A program made the translations under genes and the position numbers. This document shows, in pieces, positions 17,010 through 25,386 of a DNA stretch of 32,000 nt; within the stretch, counting starts at the first letter, position 1, and every line of letters starts with the position of its first letter. A model generated the notes under the pieces. The model worked only from the letters and a program-made list of their open reading frames with translations, made no database searches and was not told the origin of the DNA. This DNA is from an archaeon (lineage in GTDB: Archaea; Iainarchaeota; Iainarchaeia; Iainarchaeales; JANQMZ01): contig JANQMZ010000007.1 in the NCBI GenBank assembly GCA_028279805.1, forward strand, positions 570,001 to 602,000. The letters are read 5' to 3'.

Positions 17010-18638
17010 ATGACAGAAGAATTTACAAAGGAAGAAAAAACGCTTTTAGAGCCTTATTTTACCAATCTGGACAAAAATGTTTTTGTGTTAAAAAATTTGC
17101 CGCAGGTTGTTTGCGGAACATTGTTTTCCCGTTATTCCAGGTCAGACAAGCCTTTACGCAGGCTGTTATTGGATGACTTTATGAACAAGCCTGAATTTGA
17201 ATTTAAAAAAATTGCAGGAATTAAAAAAAATGTAAAAGAAGAATTAATTGCGGTTAAAAAAGCAGAAGAATTTTATGACCGGGTTTTAGTTGATTTCGGG
17301 GATGACAGCGTGGCAGAACTGGGAGGCGCGCATGTAGGAATTGAAAATGTTTCACAAATCGGGGCCAAAATTTTGGAAGATTCGAGAATTGGGTTAAGCC
17401 CGTTGGAAAAATCAACACGATACATTTATTTTGAAAAAAAAGTAAACGGAGAATACAAATATTTAAGAGAAAAAACCATAATGAAATCAGAATTCAGGGA
17501 AGAATACGTTGAATTATGTGATTTTTTATTTCAAACATATGAGGAATTAAAACCGGCAATGCGTGACTTCATAAAGGAAAAATTTCCACAAGAAGAAGTT
17601 TCGGACCGGGCCTACAAGTCAACAGTTAAAGCAAAAGTTTGTGACATTATAAGAGTTTTTTTACCGGCTTCAACATTAACAAATCTGGGATTATACGGGA
17701 ACGGAAGAGCGTTTGAATACTTGCTGCAAAAAATGTATTCACATCCTTTGAAGGAAATGCATGACATTGGAGATGAAATGGCTGAAGAGTTAAGAAAAGT
17801 TATTCCGAGCTTTGTTAAAAGAGCAACAGAAGATGATGCTCTCGGCAAAAAAAATATTGATTTTTTTAAAAACAGGGACAATGAGTTGAAAAACTTTTCA
17901 GAAAAATTTTTTGAAAAGGAAACGCCGGAACCGGTCGGCAGCCCCGGTGTTGAATTAATCGAATATGATGACAAAGCAGAGGAAAAAGTAATCGCTGGGC
18001 TGTTGTATCCTTTTACAAATTTATCAGAAAAACAAATCAGGGAAAAAGTCAAAAAAATGAATTCTGATGAAAGAAAGGATGTTGTTAAAAAATGCCTTGG
18101 AAAAAAAACAAACAGAAGGCATAAAGCGGGGCGTGGATTCGAAAACGCTTATTACAAATTTGATTTAATAGGAAATTACGGAATTTACAGGGATTTGCAC
18201 AGGCACAGAATGTTAACACAGGAAAGACAATTGTTGACCACAAAACACGGGTATGACGCACCTGTAGAAATTATCAAAGCAGGATTTGAAAAACAATTGG
18301 GCGAAGCAATGGAAAAAGCGGATTCATTGTTCAGAAAAATGGCTAAAAAAATGCCATTGGAAGCACAATATGTTGTTCCATTCGGTTACAGGATAAGATG
18401 GTATAATTATCTCAATTTGCGTGAATTGTATCATTTAACAGAATTAAGGGCGACTCAGGCAGGGCACCCGGATTACAGAAAAATAGCACAGCAAATGTAT
18501 TTAAAAGTAAAAGAAGTGCATCCGGCTCTTGTTGAATATGCAGATGTTGATTTAAAAAACTATGATTTTGAAAGAATTGAATCAGAAAAAGGAATTGACA
18601 AAAAATTAGAGGAAATTGAAAAAAAATACGGAAAGTAG
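17010..18638 (+). CDS. Double-length ThyX-fold (flavin-dependent thymidylate synthase-like) protein
   Basis: The C-terminal half carries HRHRMLTQ and NLRELYHLTELRATQAGHPDYRKIAQQM (ThyX-like RHR and LRA..Q motifs). The N-terminal half carries EDSRIGLSPLEKSTRY (SxRY part of the motif). At 542 aa it is roughly twice a canonical ThyX. Confidence 0.6.
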   Translation: MTEEFTKEEKTLLEPYFTNLDKNVFVLKNLPQVVCGTLFSRYSRSDKPLRRLLLDDFMNKPEFEFKKIAGIKKNVKEELIAVKKAEEFYDRVLVDFGDDSVAELGGAHVGIENVSQIGAKILEDSRIGLSPLEKSTRYIYFEKKVNGEYKYLREKTIMKSEFREEYVELCDFLFQTYEELKPAMRDFIKEKFPQEEVSDRAYKSTVKAKVCDIIRVFLPASTLTNLGLYGNGRAFEYLLQKMYSHPLKEMHDIGDEMAEELRKVIPSFVKRATEDDALGKKNIDFFKNRDNELKNFSEKFFEKETPEPVGSPGVELIEYDDKAEEKVIAGLLYPFTNLSEKQIREKVKKMNSDERKDVVKKCLGKKTNRRHKAGRGFENAYYKFDLIGNYGIYRDLHRHRMLTQERQLLTTKHGYDAPVEIIKAGFEKQLGEAMEKADSLFRKMAKKMPLEAQYVVPFGYRIRWYNYLNLRELYHLTELRATQAGHPDYRKIAQQMYLKVKEVHPALVEYADVDLKNYDFERIESEKGIDKKLEEIEKKYGK

Positions 18639-19897
18639 TGAATATGGTCAATTCAAATCTTGAAGGGTTTTATAAAAAAAATTTTAACGCAAGGCAAAAA
18701 GAAATAATAAAAAAAGCGGGATTGTCATCAAAAGAAGCAAAAATGCTTAAAAATTCAGGTTCACTTGACTCCGGTTTGCTGGACAAAATGATTGAAAACA
18801 CTATCGGAATTTTTGAACTGCCCTTAGGAATTGCAAACTATTTCAAAATTAATGGCAAAGATTATTTGATTCCAATGGCAATAGAAGAATCAAGCGTTGT
18901 TGCAGCTGCATCCAACGGAGCAAGGATGGCGCGTGAAACAGGAGGATTTAAAACAAAAAGTTCAAAGCCTTTAATGATTGGGCAGATTCAGTTGGTCAAT
19001 GTTAAAAATGCGGCGAAAACAAAAAAATTGATTCAAAAAAATTCAGGAAAACTTTTAAAACTTGCAAATTTACAGGACAAAACTTTGGTAAAATTTGGAG
19101 GAGGAGCAAAAAAAATTGAAATAAGAAACATTGGGGCAAAAATGCTGGTTGTGCATTTGATTGTTGATGTCAGAGATGCAATGGGGGCGAATGCAATAAA
19201 CACAATGTGCGAGGTTTTGGCACCGGAAATTGAAAAGCTTACAGGAGAAAAAACACGGTTAAGAATTATAAGCAATCTGGCGGTTCACAGACTTGCCGAA
19301 GCAAAAGCAAAATGGAAACAAAAAACACTGGGAAAAGATGTTATAAAAGGAATAATTGAAGCTTACAATTTTGCAAAAAATGATCCTTTTCGTGCGACAA
19401 CTCATAACAAGGGAATAATGAATGGAGTGGCAGCATTAACAATTGCAACCGGAAACGATTTCAGGGCAATTGAGGCCGGGGCCCATGCTTTTGCTTCCCT
19501 GAAAGGAAAATATAAACCTTTAACAAAATTTTACAAAGACAAAAAAGGCGACTTAATCGGAGAAATTGTTTTGCCTGTACAGTTTGGCCTGGTCGGAGGC
19601 ACGACAAAAATTCATCCAAAAGCACAACTATGCTTAAAAATTTTAAAAGTAAAAAACGCTCAAGAGTTGGGGGAAGTAGCGGCGGCCTTGGGGTTGGCCC
19701 AGAATTTTGCCGCATTAAGAGCATTGGCTTCTGAAGGAATTCAAAAAGGCCATATGAAACTGCATGCCAAAAATATTGCAATGATGGCAGGAGCAAAAAA
19801 TAAGGAAATTGAAAAAGTGTCCAAAAAACTCGTTAATAGTGGACAAATTAGCTTTGATATGGCAAAAAGAATATTAAAGGAATTGAGAGGGAAGTAA
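18638..19897 (+). CDS. hmgA: HMG-CoA reductase, class II type
   Basis: ENTIGIFELPLGIANYFKINGKDYLIPMAIEESSVVAAASNGARMA (class II EE(P/S)SVVAA signature), DAMGANAIN and GLVGGTT. The start is either GTG 18638, which overlaps the upstream stop, or ATG 18644. Confidence 0.85.
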   Translation: MNMVNSNLEGFYKKNFNARQKEIIKKAGLSSKEAKMLKNSGSLDSGLLDKMIENTIGIFELPLGIANYFKINGKDYLIPMAIEESSVVAAASNGARMARETGGFKTKSSKPLMIGQIQLVNVKNAAKTKKLIQKNSGKLLKLANLQDKTLVKFGGGAKKIEIRNIGAKMLVVHLIVDVRDAMGANAINTMCEVLAPEIEKLTGEKTRLRIISNLAVHRLAEAKAKWKQKTLGKDVIKGIIEAYNFAKNDPFRATTHNKGIMNGVAALTIATGNDFRAIEAGAHAFASLKGKYKPLTKFYKDKKGDLIGEIVLPVQFGLVGGTTKIHPKAQLCLKILKVKNAQELGEVAAALGLAQNFAALRALASEGIQKGHMKLHAKNIAMMAGAKNKEIEKVSKKLVNSGQISFDMAKRILKELRGK

Positions 19898-19913
19898 TTA
19901 TCTGGTGAAAAAA

Positions 19914-20960
19914 ATGAACGCAGGGATAGTAGCTTACGGCTCTTATGTTCCAAAGTTAAGGATTACTCCTGAAGAAATTGGCAGAGTCTGGGGCAAAGAC
20001 GGAAAAAAAGTTGGCCAAAGTCTTGGCGTAAAAGAAAAAGCAGTTGCAGCTTTTGATGAGGATACCGCAACAATAAGTGTTGAAGCTGCAAGAAATGCAA
20101 TTAATGATTTTGGAATTGATGCAAAAAAAATTGGCGCTGTTTACGTTGGTTCAGAATCACATCCTTACGCAGTAAAACCAACATCCTCAATTGTAGCAGA
20201 AGCAATTGAAACAGGAAACGATTATACAGCCGCAGACTTAGAATTTGCATGCAAAGCGGGAACGGCAGGAATGCAGGCATGTGCAGGAATGGTTAATTCC
20301 AACATGATTGAATATGGTTTAGCAATCGGCTCAGATACAGCCCAGGGAAAACCAAATGATGCACTTGAATTTACAGCCGGATCAGGCGGAACAGCTTTTA
20401 TTATTGGAAAAAAACCAAAAGAAATCATAGCAAAAATCAATCACACTTGTTCTTTTACAAGTGACACACCTGACTTCTGGAGAAGACAGCATGCAGAATT
20501 TCCGGAGCATGGTGGCAGATTTACTGGTGAACCAGCTTATTTCAGGCACGTGCATAGTGCTGCAAAAATGTGCATGGATAAAATGAAAAGAAAACCAAAA
20601 GATTACAAGTATGCGGTATTCCACCAGCCCAACGGAAAGTTCCCATTAAAAGTCGGAAAAATGCTGGGCTTTACAGACAAACAATTAGAACAAGGATTAA
20701 TGACCCCGTTAATTGGAAACACTTATTCCGGTTCAACTCCGATTGGTCTGGCTTCAATTCTGGATGTTGCAAAACCCGGTGATAAAATTTTAGCAGTGAG
20801 TTATGGTTCTGGTGCGGGTTCAGATGCTTTTGATTTAACTGTTACAAAAAACATTACAAAAAAAAGAGCAAAAGTTTCTGTCAGAAAATTAATTGAAAAC
20901 AAAGAATATGTTGATTATGCGATTTATGCAAAGAACAGAAAAAAACTGAAAACGTTGTGA
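19914..20960 (+). CDS. HMG-CoA synthase, archaeal short type
   Basis: GIVAYGSYVPKLRI, the catalytic-Cys region LEFACKAGTAG, HQPNGKF and SYGSGAGSD. ATG 19914 is preceded by GGTGA at 5 nt; the ORF-track GTG is at 19905. Confidence 0.85.
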   Translation: MNAGIVAYGSYVPKLRITPEEIGRVWGKDGKKVGQSLGVKEKAVAAFDEDTATISVEAARNAINDFGIDAKKIGAVYVGSESHPYAVKPTSSIVAEAIETGNDYTAADLEFACKAGTAGMQACAGMVNSNMIEYGLAIGSDTAQGKPNDALEFTAGSGGTAFIIGKKPKEIIAKINHTCSFTSDTPDFWRRQHAEFPEHGGRFTGEPAYFRHVHSAAKMCMDKMKRKPKDYKYAVFHQPNGKFPLKVGKMLGFTDKQLEQGLMTPLIGNTYSGSTPIGLASILDVAKPGDKILAVSYGSGAGSDAFDLTVTKNITKKRAKVSVRKLIENKEYVDYAIYAKNRKKLKTL

Positions 20961-20964
20961 TATT

Positions 20965-22125
20965 ATGAGGAATGTAGTTATTGTTGGAGCTGGCTTGACA
21001 AAATTTGGAGAACAGTGGAAAAAAAGTTTCAGGGAAATGATAACAGAAGCAGCTGTCAGCGCAATACTGGATTCAAAACTGGAAGGAAAGGATATTGAGG
21101 CCATTTACACAGGAACAATGGCAACAGGAAAATTTATCGGGCAGGAACATATTGGAGCATTAATTTCTGACAGGTTAGGCTTGAATCCCATTCCAAGCAC
21201 AAGACTGGAAGCAGCATGTGCTTCTGGCTCAGTTGCATTAAAACAGGGTTATTTAAGCATTAAATCAGGAGAACATGATATTGTTGCTGTCGGCGGAGTA
21301 GAAAAAATGACAGAGGTAGGAGTTCATCATGCTTCAAGTGCTTTGGGAGGGGCAGGAGACCAGGAAACAGAATTGTTTCATGGAGCAACATTCCCTGCAT
21401 TATATGCTTTGCTGGCCCGGGCTCATATGAAAAAATTTGGCACAACAGAAAAACATTTGGCTCAAGTTGCAGTTAAAAATCATGAAAACGGGGTTGACAA
21501 TCCTTTTGCACAGTTCAGAAACAGGATAACAATTGAACACGTTTTAAATTCAAGCAATGTTTCATCACCATTAAAATTACTGGATTGTTCTCCTTTGACT
21601 GATGGCGCGGCCGGATTAATTTTAATGGAAAAACAAAAAGCTTTGGATCTGGGACTAGATGCTGTTGAAATTGTTTCAATGGCACAAGCATCGGACTCAC
21701 TGGCATTAACCGGAAGAAAAAGTTTAACAGAATTAAATGCAACAAAGCAGGCTGGAAAGCTTGCCTATAAAAAAGCAGGCATTACCGCAAAAGATATTGA
21801 TATTGCTGAGGTGCATGACTGTTTTACTATTGCTGAAATTCTGGCAATAGAAGATTTGGATTTTGTAAAAAAAGGTTCCGGGGGGAACGCAACAATGAGC
21901 GGATTTACAGCAAAAAATGGCTCATTACCAATTAATACTTCCGGCGGCCTGAAGGCAAAAGGGCATCCGGTTGGGGCAACAGGTGTCGCACAGGCAGTTG
22001 AAATAAGCCAGCAATTATTAGGAAAAGCTGATAAAAGACAGGTTAAAGGATTGGAATATGGCTTGACTCACAACGTTGGCGGTTCTGGGGCTACGTGTGT
22101 TGTGGGAATTTACAGGAGGGCGTAA
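20965..22125 (+). CDS. Acetyl-CoA acetyltransferase (archaeal thiolase)
   Basis: RLEAACASGSVAL (catalytic Cys), EVHDCF, GGLKAKGHPVGATG and HNVGGSGA. Confidence 0.85.
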   Translation: MRNVVIVGAGLTKFGEQWKKSFREMITEAAVSAILDSKLEGKDIEAIYTGTMATGKFIGQEHIGALISDRLGLNPIPSTRLEAACASGSVALKQGYLSIKSGEHDIVAVGGVEKMTEVGVHHASSALGGAGDQETELFHGATFPALYALLARAHMKKFGTTEKHLAQVAVKNHENGVDNPFAQFRNRITIEHVLNSSNVSSPLKLLDCSPLTDGAAGLILMEKQKALDLGLDAVEIVSMAQASDSLALTGRKSLTELNATKQAGKLAYKKAGITAKDIDIAEVHDCFTIAEILAIEDLDFVKKGSGGNATMSGFTAKNGSLPINTSGGLKAKGHPVGATGVAQAVEISQQLLGKADKRQVKGLEYGLTHNVGGSGATCVVGIYRRA

Positions 22126-22126
22126 A

Positions 22127-22528
22127 ATGGTTGAAGGTTCACCGTCATTAGGCTGGAGAAATTATTCACAAAGATATAATTTGGCAGGAAATGAATGCAA
22201 AACATGCGGCAAACATTTTTTTCCGGCAGTTGCATTGTGTCCAACTTGCAGGAGAAAAGGAAAACTGGTTGAAACAAAAATGCCAATGGAAGGCCGCTTA
22301 TTATCATACTCAAAAGTTTTTGTCGGACCGGTCGGGTTTGAAATGGATGCCCCTTATCATCTGGGCTTGGTTAAACTGCAAAACAATGTTAAAATTTTGG
22401 CTGAAATTGTTGACACGCCTGAAAACAAAATAAAAATCGGTTCAAAAGTCAGAAAAGTTTTCAGAAAAATTCATTCCGAAGGAGAAACCGGAACAATTTC
22501 TTACGGCTACAAATTCAGAGTTGTATAG
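22127..22528 (+). CDS. DUF35 zinc-ribbon/OB-fold protein (scaffold of the archaeal thiolase-HMGS complex)
   Basis: Zinc ribbon CKTCGKHFFPAVALCPTCRRKG followed by an OB-like C-terminus. ATG 22127 lies just after the thiolase stop and is preceded by GGAGGG. The ORF-track start at 22076 lies inside the thiolase gene. Confidence 0.8.
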   Translation: MVEGSPSLGWRNYSQRYNLAGNECKTCGKHFFPAVALCPTCRRKGKLVETKMPMEGRLLSYSKVFVGPVGFEMDAPYHLGLVKLQNNVKILAEIVDTPENKIKIGSKVRKVFRKIHSEGETGTISYGYKFRVV

Positions 22529-22536
22529 GTGTTCAA

Positions 22537-23229
22537 TTGAAAGCACTTTTTACTGATATTGACGGAACGCTTTCAAAAGGAAGTCCTTCAATAGACTTTT
22601 TGAAAAAACTTTACCATGAAGGAATTTTTCACGACGCTCATTTTAAACAGCATTTAAAACAAATTGAAGATTATGACAACGGAAAAATTGAATATGTTGC
22701 CTGGGTTGAAATGAATGTCAAAAACTGGGCAAAAGGAATAAAAGGGGCAAATGCTCAAGCTGTTCAAAAATCCGCAGAAGAATATTTTGAAACAAATGTT
22801 AAAAAAAGAATTTTTACTGATTCAAAAAAAACAATTGACTTATGGAAACAAAAAGGATATGTTTGTGTAGGAATTTCATCAGGATTATGGGAATTAATTT
22901 CACAGGTTAAAGATTTTCTCGGACTGGATTATGCTTTTGGAAGTCAGGCTGAAATTAAAGACGGAACTTATACGGGCAAAATGAGTTCAGATATGCATGT
23001 TGGCGGGGGAAAAGAAAGAATTATTTTGGATTTTGTAAAAAAACATGAAATTGATTTGCAAAAAAGTGCTGGTTTTGGGGATACAATGCATGACATTGAA
23101 ATATTTGAACTTGTTGAAAACGTTTTAGTTGTAAATCCGGATGAGGAATTAAAGGATTTGTGTTTGCTGAATAACTGGGTTATTGCGGATGAAAAGAATT
23201 TGTTTGAAAAAAGCAAAGAATTGCTTTAA
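22537..23229 (+). CDS. HAD-superfamily hydrolase, subfamily IB (phosphoserine-phosphatase-like)
   Basis: Motif I FTDIDGTL, motif II GISSG and motif IV GFGDTMHDIEIF. The TTG start is preceded by GGTG at 5 nt. Confidence 0.7.
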   Translation: MKALFTDIDGTLSKGSPSIDFLKKLYHEGIFHDAHFKQHLKQIEDYDNGKIEYVAWVEMNVKNWAKGIKGANAQAVQKSAEEYFETNVKKRIFTDSKKTIDLWKQKGYVCVGISSGLWELISQVKDFLGLDYAFGSQAEIKDGTYTGKMSSDMHVGGGKERIILDFVKKHEIDLQKSAGFGDTMHDIEIFELVENVLVVNPDEELKDLCLLNNWVIADEKNLFEKSKELL

Positions 23230-23268
23230 AAACAAAAAAATTTAAAGGAAAAATGGTTTGTTTTTAAC

Positions 23269-24363
23269 ATGGCTTGGATGAATTACCTAAGTGTTTTGCT
23301 TTTTTGGATGCTTTTAACCCTTTTATTAATGCATACCGGCGGGCTTCTTTTATGGCTGGCTTGGGCTTTTACAACATTTGTAATGCTGGGGTTATTAATA
23401 AAAAAACAAACAAGTTCAAATCTTGGAAAAAAGGGTGATTCAATGAATTCAGGTTTTGGAAAAACAATTTTATTCGGAGAACATTTTGTTGTTTATGGAA
23501 TTCCGGCAATAGCTTCACAGATTGACAGAAAAACAACAGCAGCAATTGAAGAATATGATGACGGGGTTGTTGTAAGCACGCTAGGATTGGAAAAAAATTC
23601 ATTAGACAATGAAAAACTTAAAGGATTGAAAGAATCTTTAAATATTATTTTAAAAGAGCTTGAACTGGAAGACAAATCTTTTCATTTAAAAATTGATTCA
23701 GATATTGAAGTCGGATCAGGAATGGGCTCATCCGCTGCACTGGCAGTGGGAACAGTAAGAGCCTTAAATGAAAAATATTCCTTAGGCTTAAATGATGAAA
23801 AAATTAACAAAGTTGCACATGAATCTGAAAAGCATTTTCACGGAACTCCTTCAGGAATTGATGACACAGTTGCAACCTTCGGAGGATTAGTCTGGTTTCA
23901 AAAAAACCTTGAAGGCGGGCCAAACACAATTGAACAATTTTCATTAAAACAGCCTTTAAAAATTGTAATTGGCTGCACCGGAAAAAAAGGAAATACAGGA
24001 GAATTGGTTGCAGGAGTCAGGGAAAAAAAAGAAGCAAACCCGGAAGAATATGAAAAAATATTCAAAGAAGCAGAAGAATTGGTGAAAAATGCAAAAAAAG
24101 CATTGCAGGATGGCAACAATGAGGAAATAGGAAAATTAATGAATCAAAACCATGATTTGCTTGTAAAAATAGGCGTTTCAACAGATGAATTGGAAGAATT
24201 GTGTTCAACCGCTTTGGAAAAAGGAGCAAAAGGCGCAAAACTAACAGGAGCAGGAGGCGGAGGATGTATGATTGCATTAACTCCCACTGACGAAATTCAG
24301 AATAATGTTGCAAAAGCCTTTGAATCCAAAAACTATAAAGCAATTAAAACAAGCATTGGATAG
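23269..24363 (+). CDS. mvk: Mevalonate kinase (GHMP), possibly with a 58-aa two-TM N-terminal extension; the catalytic domain alone would start at 23443
   Basis: GKTILFGEHFVVYG, GSGMGSSAALAV and KLTGAGGGGCMIAL. The frame is open in-frame from ATG 23269 through WMLLTLLLMH...LWLAWAFTTFVMLGLLIKK. TTTAAA at 23241-46 sits ~25 nt upstream of 23269. GGTGA lies 4 nt upstream of ATG 23443. Confidence 0.8.
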   Translation: MAWMNYLSVLLFWMLLTLLLMHTGGLLLWLAWAFTTFVMLGLLIKKQTSSNLGKKGDSMNSGFGKTILFGEHFVVYGIPAIASQIDRKTTAAIEEYDDGVVVSTLGLEKNSLDNEKLKGLKESLNIILKELELEDKSFHLKIDSDIEVGSGMGSSAALAVGTVRALNEKYSLGLNDEKINKVAHESEKHFHGTPSGIDDTVATFGGLVWFQKNLEGGPNTIEQFSLKQPLKIVIGCTGKKGNTGELVAGVREKKEANPEEYEKIFKEAEELVKNAKKALQDGNNEEIGKLMNQNHDLLVKIGVSTDELEELCSTALEKGAKGAKLTGAGGGGCMIALTPTDEIQNNVAKAFESKNYKAIKTSIG

Positions 24364-24375
24364 CTGGTGAAAAAA

Positions 24376-25371
24376 ATGAAAAAAACAGCTAAAGCCAATT
24401 CCAATATTGCACTGGTCAAATACTGGGGTAAAAGAAATGAACAAATAATTTTACCAACCAATTCAAACATTTCAATGACATTATCGGGATTCAACACAAC
24501 AACAACAGTTGAATTTTCATCAGATTACAAACAAGACCAAGTTGAACTAAATGAACAAAACTTAAGTGAAGGAAGGGAACTGGAACAAATTGTAAAACAT
24601 TTGGATTTAATCAGAAGACAGGCCGGAATGGAAGAAAAAGCAAAAGTCGTTTCCAAAAACAATTTTCCAACAGCAGCAGGTTTAGCTTCATCTGCATCAG
24701 GGTTTGCGGCATTAAGCCTGGCTGCAAGCAAAGCAGCAGGATTAAACTTGGATAAAAAAGAATTAAGCATTTTGGCAAGACAAGGATCAGGTTCAGCTTC
24801 AAGGTCAGTTGAAGGGGGCTTTGTAGAATGGTTGAAAGGCAGCAAAGAAGACGGTTCAGACTCTTTTGGAAATCAAATTGCCCCGCCGGAACACTGGCCG
24901 GAATTCAGAATGATTACAACAATTGTGGCAACGGAGGAAAAAAAAATTAAAAGCAGGGCAGGAATGAAACAGACTATGAAAACAAGCCCTTACTATAAAG
25001 GCTGGCTTGATACTGTTGAAGAAGATTTTAATGTTGTTAGAAAAGGAATTCTGGATAAAAATTTTTCAGTTGTTGGAAAAACAGCCCAAAAAAATGCGTT
25101 AAAAATGCATGCAACAATGCAGACAACTTTACCCCCAATAATTTACTGGAATCCTGCAACAATGAGAATACTGCATTCGGTTATTGAGTGGCACGAATCC
25201 GGAATGGATTGTTTTTTTACAATTGACGCGGGTCCAAATGTAAAAGTTTTGTGTTTGGAAAAAGATGTTGAAGAATTGAAAAAAAGGATTGAAGCTTTGG
25301 ACGGAGTAAAAGAAGCAATTGTTTGCGAGCCAGGTGAAGAAGCAAAAACAATTGAAAAACATTTGTTTTAA
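24376..25371 (+). CDS. mvaD: Diphosphomevalonate decarboxylase family (MVD/MvaD)
   Basis: NIALVKYWGKR, PTAAGLASSASGFAAL and GSGSASRSV. ATG 24376 is preceded by GGTGA; the ORF-track GTG is at 24367. Substrate (MVAPP versus MVAP) cannot be decided from the sequence alone. Confidence 0.8.
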   Translation: MKKTAKANSNIALVKYWGKRNEQIILPTNSNISMTLSGFNTTTTVEFSSDYKQDQVELNEQNLSEGRELEQIVKHLDLIRRQAGMEEKAKVVSKNNFPTAAGLASSASGFAALSLAASKAAGLNLDKKELSILARQGSGSASRSVEGGFVEWLKGSKEDGSDSFGNQIAPPEHWPEFRMITTIVATEEKKIKSRAGMKQTMKTSPYYKGWLDTVEEDFNVVRKGILDKNFSVVGKTAQKNALKMHATMQTTLPPIIYWNPATMRILHSVIEWHESGMDCFFTIDAGPNVKVLCLEKDVEELKKRIEALDGVKEAIVCEPGEEAKTIEKHLF

Positions 25372-25386
25372 ATTTTAGGTGTTATT

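Noticed and set aside
17612-18052. Long antisense ORFs inside thyX-like, MVD, PMK, HMGR and PPDK (for example 17612-18052, 24525-24845, 25368-25721, 26043-26522, 15193-15561)
   Set aside because: All lie opposite genes with strong family motifs, have a Ser/Phe/Leu-rich composition typical of antisense translation, and lack initiation signals.
19902-19918. A 17-nt exact repeat CTGGTGAAAAAAATGAA at 19902-19918 and 24364-24380
   Set aside because: Both copies are the SD (GGTGA), spacer and ATG-AA(A/C) of HMGS and MVD. This is convergent translation-initiation context in an A-rich genome, not a mobile or recombination repeat.
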